This document shows positions 20,801-27,842 of a stretch of 63,026 bases of DNA, in pieces. A model generated the notes under the pieces. That model was not told the origin of the DNA. It made no database searches and saw only the letters and a program-made list of their open reading frames with translations. How positions within the stretch are numbered: position 1 is the first letter of the stretch; the number at the start of each line of letters is the position of its first letter. The position numbers and the translations under genes are program-made. Source of the stretch: Acidobacteriaceae bacterium (GTDB lineage: Bacteria; Acidobacteriota; Terriglobia; Terriglobales; Acidobacteriaceae); the NCBI GenBank assembly GCA_003142935.1, contig PLOG01000085.1, positions 59,613 to 122,638 of the forward strand, read 5' to 3'.

Positions 20801-21825
20801 ACATTCAGACCCGAGTACGGTTTGGCATAGGCGATGCGAATATCTTCCACGTCGCCAAAGTAGAAGAGCTTGCTCTTGACGATGGGCAGTCCCAGCGTGG
20901 CTCCGAACTGATTCTGATGATATGCGGGAACCAGGAGGCTCTTCCCCGTCGGATCGTTGGGGTTGGGTTCAGAGTCCCAGTCTGTGCCATTAAGCTTGTT
21001 GTTGCGGACGTATTCCCACAAATCTCCATGGATCTGGTTGGTGCCCGACTTGATGCTGGCGTTGACCACGGCTCCGGCTGAGTGTCCGAACTCGGCGCTG
21101 TAATTTGAAGTGTCCACCTTGAACTCAGCCAGCGCGTCCGGCGGCGGCTGGACGTTATAGCTGGCGCCGTTCTGGAAGTCATCGACGTTCACGTTATTGT
21201 CGACGCCGTCCAGAATGAAGTTGTTCTGGGTGGTGCGCTGCCCATTCGCCGAGAAATCACCAGTACCGCCGCCACGCGCGCCGCCGGCCGATAAGCCTGG
21301 GTCGACGCCGGCCGACAACTGCGCGATATACACCCAGTTGCGTCCATTGAGAGGCGTGTTATTGATGCTTTCCGTGTCCATCACCTGGCCCACTGAAGCC
21401 GATTCCTGCTGCAGCATAGGCGGGGCGCCGGTTACGGTCACGGTCTCTTTTACACCCCCGGGCTTCAAGGTGATGTCAATATTCAGACGGTCCTGGATGT
21501 TGACGCGCACATCTTCCTGGGTCGTCGTCTCAAATCCAGAAGCTGTCGCGCTCAGAATATAGTTGCCAATTTTGATTGGGGAAAAATTGTATTGGCCTCT
21601 CGCGTCTGTTGTGCCTTTCAACGCAAAGTTTGTGTCGGTATTTGTCAAGGTTACCTGGGCATGCGCGATGACCGCGCCCGTGGAGTCTTTCACCACGCCG
21701 TTGATGGCTCCCTGGTCAAGCTGGGCCATTGCCATGCGTCCCGAAAAAACGCTGCAAAGGCCCAACAGGAACAAGGTCGCACACACGATGTTCCGCGTCG
21801 TCTGCCTCAATTCAATGCTTCCCAT
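17893..21825 (-). CDS. TonB-dependent receptor (Oar-like, with carboxypeptidase-regulatory-like N-domain)
   Basis: Signal peptide, GVVKDSTGAVI, PLNGRNWVYIAQLSAGV, NNFILDGVDNN, SGTNQIHG, NFAPRVG and C-terminal RFFQLSAKYVF. Confidence 0.93.
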   Translation of the reverse strand: MGSIELRQTTRNIVCATLFLLGLCSVFSGRMAMAQLDQGAINGVVKDSTGAVIAHAQVTLTNTDTNFALKGTTDARGQYNFSPIKIGNYILSATASGFETTTQEDVRVNIQDRLNIDITLKPGGVKETVTVTGAPPMLQQESASVGQVMDTESINNTPLNGRNWVYIAQLSAGVDPGLSAGGARGGGTGDFSANGQRTTQNNFILDGVDNNVNVDDFQNGASYNVQPPPDALAEFKVDTSNYSAEFGHSAGAVVNASIKSGTNQIHGDLWEYVRNNKLNGTDWDSEPNPNDPTGKSLLVPAYHQNQFGATLGLPIVKSKLFYFGDVEDIRIAYAKPYSGLNVPTASQRNGDFSELFDMSKTGRSTPWGIFAPNSAGQLPLTTTGGAVTNPDPACATYSQTCAWNNSTPGVYGSGIGAPTTNVLNPTDPSQVDPVGKALLSAYPLPNSGGWTSSNVNTPDSGDLYSNYSVNSPTHDDTWKWDQRLDWNPSAADQAYARFSYQHEQVGHVPLLGPIIDGNDPGITGGITGAGAVNSDLAENFMISETHIVSPSLINEFRFGYNWGVFSVTQSDANIPAEQLIPGMGGVPFTGYAGPNGGIPYINWGGTDRFTRGGEHDIPSVERQNIYQILDNVTKNIGSHSLKFGAQLESIRASFAQSVFPRGRYSFNGVYTSKRDPGGSGTTNTGMSGADALTDNMSNVGLSPGWNTEYYRDYRSAYVQDDWKVNSKLTANLGVRYDFIQPPSSKGYEVANLIIQSQGLVAPGTGTAGGAATGAATYVLPSQAASAYPLSNSFLQSMSVNNISVAYTSSNPNSLISVQQYNFAPRVGVSYQIDAKTVVRSGYGLFYGSIEAPGGAELQTNYPFAYQVVLYDQYLGTGSCFPSSQYGYSNASSACPSSALADSPATLTSLGVSAANSPFPYGTTLETGMSQYLSHGGIGAFAGSSGIAMADSHIKTTYTESYNLSIEREITRDMVATVSYVGNVGKHTFAGTDPLGPLAITSSNNPTNTSAFPVGIGLSSGSAEQWIGESMYNGLQAKIQQRFANGFSFLGTYTWSHAVDDAGNPGIGGGPPYRNTNLIPLKYEMTNSNFDTRHRLTFNGLYELPFGKGRKYLANSGVLDYLVGGWSASATWTAQTGIPFTVFTGGGNFVAANGIVNGPNAILVGNPFKGGGRVPTANLDTGSSCPLKVKTRTNWYNPCAFIDPQPGTNIGVDQYLTDLASAIEYAGGKSNQIHGPGWERVNMSGFKNFKTFREQYVQFRADAFNLFNSESWGQPSETDLAPSTGLISSPQPFQNNTPDARFFQLSAKYVF

Positions 21826-22140
21826 CTTCCCCTCCTCTCGTTTCCGCGGTTTATCGCCGCATGTTCGCCTGCAAAACGGAACCCGCTTGCAAATTGGGTC
21901 CTCTCCCTCTCGTTGTTGCCTTGTTGGGGATCGTACCTCTCAGAGATCGAAAGGTTGTCGAGGATCATAACTCCAAGCGAGATCGAAAGCAAGTGAAAAG
22001 CTGCAAAAACAATAAAGAATAACCGCTCGCCTTCTCTTTATGTAAATTATTGATAAACAATGCGTTAATTTTTGCTTGTTCTGCTTTCTCCGCACCGAAC
22101 CCCGCCACCGAATCCAGTTTTCCAAGTAAATACACCGCGT

Positions 22141-22198
22141 TTTCGCTGATTAGGAAATAAAGGCAAATTAAAAACACTAATCAAAGGAAAGTTAGTGT
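22141..22198 (-). promoter_or_regulatory. AT-rich regulatory region upstream of the TBDR with a 7-bp inverted repeat
   Basis: ACACTAA-N11-TTAGTGT (22174-22198); CTTTCCTTTGATT on the minus strand (22179-22191). Confidence 0.4.
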
Positions 22199-22284
22199 AC
22201 CGAAAAACCGCTGGACTCTGAATGGGGCGCCTTGCGCTTCGGCGTCTATTGGAACCGCATTCTCCTGGTGTTCCGATTCCGTCC

Positions 22285-22536
22285 TTACGGGTGGTCTTGG
22301 ATAGATGCGGCGTTCCGGATGGCCGTCGGCGCCGCGATCGCTGTGATTTGATCAACGTCGAAGTACTTGCAGAGATCGAGACAGAACGAATCGGGCGCGG
22401 CACGAAAGGGCACCGGCTTATCGAGGAGATAGATGAAGCTTTTTATGGCGGTTGGCTGAATGATGACGATGCCGTACACCACCAGATGCCACAGCGTGAG
22501 GGACCGGCGCAGGCCCGTCTGGCTATCGGGAGTCAT
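22285..22536 (-). pseudogene. 5' remnant of an APC-family amino acid/amine permease
   Basis: MTPDSQTGLRRSLTLWHLVVYGIVIIQPTA matches the TM1 region of APC (PlaP/PuuP-like) permeases. The sequence then becomes unrelated and stops after 83 aa. Confidence 0.6.
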
Positions 22537-22604
22537 AGAAGCCAGTCCTTGCTGGGCCGGCACATACGGAATGAATACGGCATGTGCCAGGATTCATAGC
22601 GACT

Positions 22605-25600
22605 TCAAAGGCCGGCCTGCTTAACGGCGGAAAGTTCCGCCAGGGCTTCACGGGCAAAGTGATGAAACATCTGAGGATCGGGCAGGAGCAGGACTTGTTG
22701 GAACGATTGTCTTGCCTCCTGGTTGCGATGCAGGGCGGCCTGCAGAAGGCCGAGGTTATACCACCACGACGCCGAATGAGCGCCGGCCGCCATCTGATGC
22801 TGGGCCGCGGTCAACGAATTCGCGACCTGCTCTTCAACCTGGCGCGCATCGTATGAGCCCAGCGATTCTTTGGCCTGGATGGCCCACACCAGATTTGCGG
22901 GCTCGGCACTTGCAGCGGCCTTGCGCAGGAATTGCTCTGACTCTTGGGCATTTGCGCAGCTATGTGCGATTCCGGCCAGCTTAACATCGTCGCGCGGTGA
23001 GAGCCCTGCTCCCATCTGCGTGCTTGAAACAAAATCCTCGGCCTGGGCGCAACCACTTCCCCTGGCCCAGGCTTCAGCCTGAAGCAATTTGATCTCGAAG
23101 AGCACCTGTCCCGAAGTGATCCCTCCCTCTTCGCTGGGAAAGAACCGGTTCACGAAGAGCGCCAGGGCGCGGTCATACTGGCCGGCTTCAGCGCGCGTCA
23201 ATGCAAGCTGATAGACGAGATCCACCGACATCCTGGAATCGGGAGCGTCGGCCGAAGGGTATTGAGAGAGCAGGCCGGCACGCTCCGTGGCCGGAGCTCC
23301 GGTGAGGCTCATGGCCTCATCCAGGCCGACGTAGGCCTCGGCGTTGTCAGGATCGTTCTTCATGGCTTCGCGGAAGGAGACGAGCGCTCGTTGCGGATCG
23401 CCCTTCAGCCTGAGGAAGAAATCGCCCATATCGACGTCGATGACGCGCAGATGCGGAGCAAGCTGCTTTGCCTCGGTCCATTGAGCCACGCCGGCGTCGG
23501 CCATCCCCTTGGAAAAGAGCAAGGTGCCGAGCAGGTAATGGGCGGCCGCATCGTCAGGGTTTACCGCGAGCGCGGCCTGCAATACAACCCTGTCGGTCGG
23601 CGAGGATGGAAAAACCAGGCTCGGAGAAAGCTGTGAGGCCGCCTGCCAATTCCCCGCTGCGTCCTCGCCGAGCTTCTGTTTGCAGAAAGCGGCATAGTAG
23701 AGAACCAGCGGATGCTTCTGCGGCAGCACAGAGCCGGGCTCGCTCCAGTCCGCGGGCACGGAAGGATAGCTTCGATCCAGAACCTGCAAAGCTCTGCGAT
23801 AGAAACCAAGCTGCATGTACGCGCTTGCCACGCGAAGAACGCGGTAGGGATCCGCGGCCAGGTGCTCGAGGTCGGGTTTGCCGGAATCTTCGTTGAGGAA
23901 GTCGCTCGCCGGGTTGGCAGTCAAGCCGAGATTGGCCAAGCGGTCTGCTTCGGCCGTCTCTCCCTTTGCGCGCACCACCGCCTCCAATTGCTCCTGGGCG
24001 CGAGAATCTTCAGGCTCGGCGGCTACCGCGGCACGCAGGAATGATGCTGCGCCCTGCAAGTCGCCTTGCCTGGCGCGCAATTCTCCCAGCTTGATTGCGG
24101 CCGGGCCGCGCAGGCTCGCCTGTCGGTAAGCGATGGCATAAGAGGTTTCCGCTTCGCGGGTGCGCTCCAGGCCTTCTTCGGCAATTCCGAGGTAATAGGC
24201 AATCTCTGAGTTGGGCGTATCGCGCTGCTGCGCAAGGCCAAGCAGGCGCTCAGCCTCTTGATACTGCTGGAGCGACGCGGACAGCCTGCCCGCGGTCACC
24301 AGGAGCGACTGGCTGGTTTGAAACTTCTCCAGCCCAGCCTTGTAGGTGGCAAGGGCGAGGACAACCTCCCCATTCAGTTCCTGATCGCGGCCCACTTGCA
24401 GCCAGTCGTCTTCCGAACGGTTTGCCGGATCCGGAATTCGCTGCGCCTGCTGGTGTCCTGTCTTGATCGTCGCTTCCGGATCCCAGTCGTACTCGCCATC
24501 CGTCTGCTTCAATAGCGAGTGGCCCGCGCGGTCCTTCAACTCGAAGGTTATCTTGCCGGCCTGTGCGGGCGGAGCGACCGAATGCGACCATGTTTTCTCC
24601 GGCGACAGATCGGCGCTTCCACTCCACAGGGCCTTTCCATTCTGCGTCAAGGAAAGCTGCGCGCCTTCAAGACGCTCATTCACATTCAAACTAACCGAGA
24701 CATTGGAGCCTTGCGCATCGAAATGAACCACCCCAGCCTTGTTCGCCCGCGAGATTCCACCCGTTCCCCGCACCGGCATCCAATATTCGCTGAAGCGAAT
24801 GGTTTGTCCGGGCTGAAGAAACGAATACGTCTCCTGATTGCGGAAGAGCCCGGCCTGCACTTCGGCATAGGCGCTGTCGTTGTCAGAGAGAGCGGTGCGC
24901 CAGGCAATGCCCGCCGCATCCACGCCCCAGGTCCAGATTTTCTTGGCCGGCAGTTCAGGATAATCGGCAAAATGAACTGTGCCTGTCTGGGTATGCGGAT
25001 TCCAGATGCCCATGAACGGTTCATGGCTGCCATGCACAAAGAATGAGACCGGCCCATCGGTCTGATTCTTGATCAGGCTCAGGTCTTTTCCTTGAGGATT
25101 GACCGGCCAGGGATAGACGTCGGTGAAACCGTGCGAAGCGACAAAGCGCATCGGGTACTCGACGCGCGAATCGTCCCATACCTGGACGGCGGCGTTGTTC
25201 CACCAATAGTAGCGGTGACGCACATCGCTGCGGTTATACAGGGTCACCCGCTCTTCCAGGAGCGTAGAGCCCGGCCGTAAAACCAGTTCCACCTCCCATT
25301 GCATGCCGTACACCCGATCGGTATTGCTCACCCATACCGATGCGCTTCCGTCGGGATGTGCCGCAAAGGCAAAGTCCACCGGGGACATCGAGACCCAGTT
25401 GTGCGAGACGGGGAAGTTGAACTCGATGCCGAAGGCCGACCAGGCGCCGCGATATCCGATCTTGGCCTTCTTGATGGAAGGGTTGGCATAGAACATCGGC
25501 TGACCGCTGATCTTGTCGATGCATGTATACAGGTGACCGCCAATATCCGGTAGCACCGTGCATTTCAGGTATTCGTTCTCGAGGAAGATCGCGCGCCACG

Positions 25601-25832
25601 CATGATCGGCCTTCACGCCGGTCAAATCCGTTCTCAGCGTGTAGGGATAGTTGAAGCGGTCGGTTTGATATATATCGAAAGGCGGATTCGGATCGGGCTG
25701 GCCTTCTTCATAGGTCGGCAGCGTCAGCGTGCCTTGCCAGACCTTTACCTGAGCTCCAAGAGGCCAGCAAATCACCGCGAATGTCCCCACCAGCAACAGC
25801 GCAAAGAAAGAGCTTTTCTTCACCGATCTCAT
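22605..25832 (-). CDS. DUF5107-domain protein with C-terminal TPR repeats, exported
   Basis: Signal peptide, LENEYLKCTVLPDIGGHL, GIEFNFP, YYWWNNAAV, KKIWTWG and EVQAG motifs, then TPRs. Start moved to the ATG at 25832. Confidence 0.85.
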   Translation of the reverse strand: MRSVKKSSFFALLLVGTFAVICWPLGAQVKVWQGTLTLPTYEEGQPDPNPPFDIYQTDRFNYPYTLRTDLTGVKADHAWRAIFLENEYLKCTVLPDIGGHLYTCIDKISGQPMFYANPSIKKAKIGYRGAWSAFGIEFNFPVSHNWVSMSPVDFAFAAHPDGSASVWVSNTDRVYGMQWEVELVLRPGSTLLEERVTLYNRSDVRHRYYWWNNAAVQVWDDSRVEYPMRFVASHGFTDVYPWPVNPQGKDLSLIKNQTDGPVSFFVHGSHEPFMGIWNPHTQTGTVHFADYPELPAKKIWTWGVDAAGIAWRTALSDNDSAYAEVQAGLFRNQETYSFLQPGQTIRFSEYWMPVRGTGGISRANKAGVVHFDAQGSNVSVSLNVNERLEGAQLSLTQNGKALWSGSADLSPEKTWSHSVAPPAQAGKITFELKDRAGHSLLKQTDGEYDWDPEATIKTGHQQAQRIPDPANRSEDDWLQVGRDQELNGEVVLALATYKAGLEKFQTSQSLLVTAGRLSASLQQYQEAERLLGLAQQRDTPNSEIAYYLGIAEEGLERTREAETSYAIAYRQASLRGPAAIKLGELRARQGDLQGAASFLRAAVAAEPEDSRAQEQLEAVVRAKGETAEADRLANLGLTANPASDFLNEDSGKPDLEHLAADPYRVLRVASAYMQLGFYRRALQVLDRSYPSVPADWSEPGSVLPQKHPLVLYYAAFCKQKLGEDAAGNWQAASQLSPSLVFPSSPTDRVVLQAALAVNPDDAAAHYLLGTLLFSKGMADAGVAQWTEAKQLAPHLRVIDVDMGDFFLRLKGDPQRALVSFREAMKNDPDNAEAYVGLDEAMSLTGAPATERAGLLSQYPSADAPDSRMSVDLVYQLALTRAEAGQYDRALALFVNRFFPSEEGGITSGQVLFEIKLLQAEAWARGSGCAQAEDFVSSTQMGAGLSPRDDVKLAGIAHSCANAQESEQFLRKAAASAEPANLVWAIQAKESLGSYDARQVEEQVANSLTAAQHQMAAGAHSASWWYNLGLLQAALHRNQEARQSFQQVLLLPDPQMFHHFAREALAELSAVKQAGL

Positions 25833-25926
25833 GTTTCCCCTTTCGCAGGTTCCATCTTGCAGCCCTCGGGTTCCCTCGCACTGATCTGGCCGCACTATAC
25901 AACCAGAGGCGCTCCTTGATGGAATT

Positions 25927-25939
25927 ATTTCGTTTTGTT
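25927..25939. promoter_or_regulatory. Candidate AgaR/DeoR-type operator between divergent genes
   Basis: ATTTCGTTTTGTT matches the TTTCRTTTYR core of the E. coli AgaR box. Confidence 0.4.
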
Positions 25940-26032
25940 ATCATACCTGATCTTTAAACTCCGCTTATAATTCTTTTTGCAATTCAGGCTGGCCAAGGCG
26001 CGTCCATCGGGAGGCCTGGAAACAGATGAAAT

Positions 26033-27766
26033 ATGACTTGCGACTCAAGCTTCGGAACCGATCGTCGAACCGTTGTGAAGCTGGCAGCGGGCACAATGCT
26101 GGCAACAGGAATGGGAGTGCGCGCGTATGCGCTGACGGACATGGATGGACCGAAGCAGAAGAAGATCTATTCCGACCGTTGGGTCTACGTCAGCCGCTCC
26201 TTCAGCACCGACGAGCATGTGGAGGAAGTGCGTGCAATTGCCCAGACGGCATCGGAACATGGCCTCACGGCCATTGTCCTGTCGGGCATGGACCGCATCA
26301 GCCTCGGCTCCCCTGAGTATCTGGAGCGCTTGCGCAAGGTCAAAACCATAGCCGATCAATATCATCTCGAGATCATCCCGTCTGGATTCAATACCGGATA
26401 CGGCGGAGCCATCCTGGACCACAACAAAAATCTGGCTGAAGGCATGCTGGTGAAGGATGCTCTGTTCGTCGTGCGGGATGGAGAGGCTCACTTTGTTGCG
26501 GACTCACCCGCAAAACTCCAAAACGGCGGCTTTGAACAATTCCAAGGCGACCGATTCACGGCATTCGAAATACAGGACGAGCCGGGAAGAAAGACCTTCG
26601 TTGACACGAATGTCTTCCATTCCGGCAAAGCCTCCCTGCGGATCGAGAACTTCGGCGAAACCAAGGCAGGCATCGCGCGAGTGGCGCAGCAGGTTCGCGT
26701 GTCGCCCTACCGGTGTTATCGCGTCAGCGCATGGGTAAGAACGGAAGACGCCGCGCCGGCTTCGCTGTTCAGCATCAAGGCGTTCACGCCCGATGGACGC
26801 GACTTGAGCCCGTTTGAACCGCCGGCCCCGGCTCCCACCTCCGGCTGGAGACAGGTAACCACTGCCTTCAACAGTTGGTATGCCGACCGCATCGAACTGA
26901 ACCTCGGCGTCTTCGAAGGGGTAAAGGGGAAGGTGTGGGTGGACGACGTGGTGATGGAAGAGGTGGGACTGATGAACGCGGTGCGCCGCAAGGGCACGCC
27001 GCTGACGGTGCGCGACGAGAAAACGGGGAGCCTCTACGAGGAGGGCCACGACTTCGCGGCGGTGACCGATCCGAATCTCGGCTTCCAATGGACCCACGAG
27101 ATGCCCTCAATTCACTTGCTTCCATCAGGCCGCATCCGGAATGGCTCACGCTTGCGGGTGAGCTACTATCACGGCACAACCATCTACAACGATCAGGTCT
27201 CCGCTTGTCCGTCGGAGGCTGAAACGTACGAGATTTGGAAGGCGCAATTACCGCTGATCGAGAAATATCTGTCCCCGAAGCGTTACTTCCTAAGCGTGGA
27301 TGAGGTTCGCCTGTTTAATCGCTGCGAGGCGTGCCGAAGCAGGCAGATACCGGCGGCGGCGATTCTGGGCCAGATGACGCAATGGCTCTATGAACAGGTG
27401 CGCGCAGTCAACCCCAAAGCCGAGGTTTTTGTATGGTCTGACATGTTCGACCCCAACCACAACTCAACCCGCCAGTACTTCCTTGTAGACGGGTCGCTGG
27501 AGAACACCTGGGAGTATCTGCCAAAGGATATGGGCATCGTCCTGTGGTACTTCGATAAGCGGCGGGAGAGCTTGAATTTCTTTTCATCGCGCGGCTTCAG
27601 GACGATTGCGGGAACCTATTACGATGGCGACGACCTCCACGATCCGGAAGGATGGCTGGAGGCAATGGATCACTGGCCAAACGCCACCGGGATTATGTAC
27701 ACAACCTGGTCCAGCAAGTACAAGCTTCTGGCGCCATTCGGAGACCTGGTTTCGAAACGTCCGTAG
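26033..27766 (+). CDS. Tat-exported GH20-like TIM-barrel glycoside hydrolase with an inserted CBM4/9-like domain
   Basis: DRRTVVK Tat-like leader; CBM segment LQNGGFEQ...HSGKASLRI...YRVSAWVRT...WVDDV; barrel motifs FLSVDEVR, VWSDM and GIMYTTW. Confidence 0.55.
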   Translation: MTCDSSFGTDRRTVVKLAAGTMLATGMGVRAYALTDMDGPKQKKIYSDRWVYVSRSFSTDEHVEEVRAIAQTASEHGLTAIVLSGMDRISLGSPEYLERLRKVKTIADQYHLEIIPSGFNTGYGGAILDHNKNLAEGMLVKDALFVVRDGEAHFVADSPAKLQNGGFEQFQGDRFTAFEIQDEPGRKTFVDTNVFHSGKASLRIENFGETKAGIARVAQQVRVSPYRCYRVSAWVRTEDAAPASLFSIKAFTPDGRDLSPFEPPAPAPTSGWRQVTTAFNSWYADRIELNLGVFEGVKGKVWVDDVVMEEVGLMNAVRRKGTPLTVRDEKTGSLYEEGHDFAAVTDPNLGFQWTHEMPSIHLLPSGRIRNGSRLRVSYYHGTTIYNDQVSACPSEAETYEIWKAQLPLIEKYLSPKRYFLSVDEVRLFNRCEACRSRQIPAAAILGQMTQWLYEQVRAVNPKAEVFVWSDMFDPNHNSTRQYFLVDGSLENTWEYLPKDMGIVLWYFDKRRESLNFFSSRGFRTIAGTYYDGDDLHDPEGWLEAMDHWPNATGIMYTTWSSKYKLLAPFGDLVSKRP

Positions 27767-27842
27767 CGGCCCAATCGTCAAGCCCAAAACACGGGCATCG
27801 GGGCCGGCATTCTAGCCGAAGTCGTGAAAGTGAGAGGTAACC

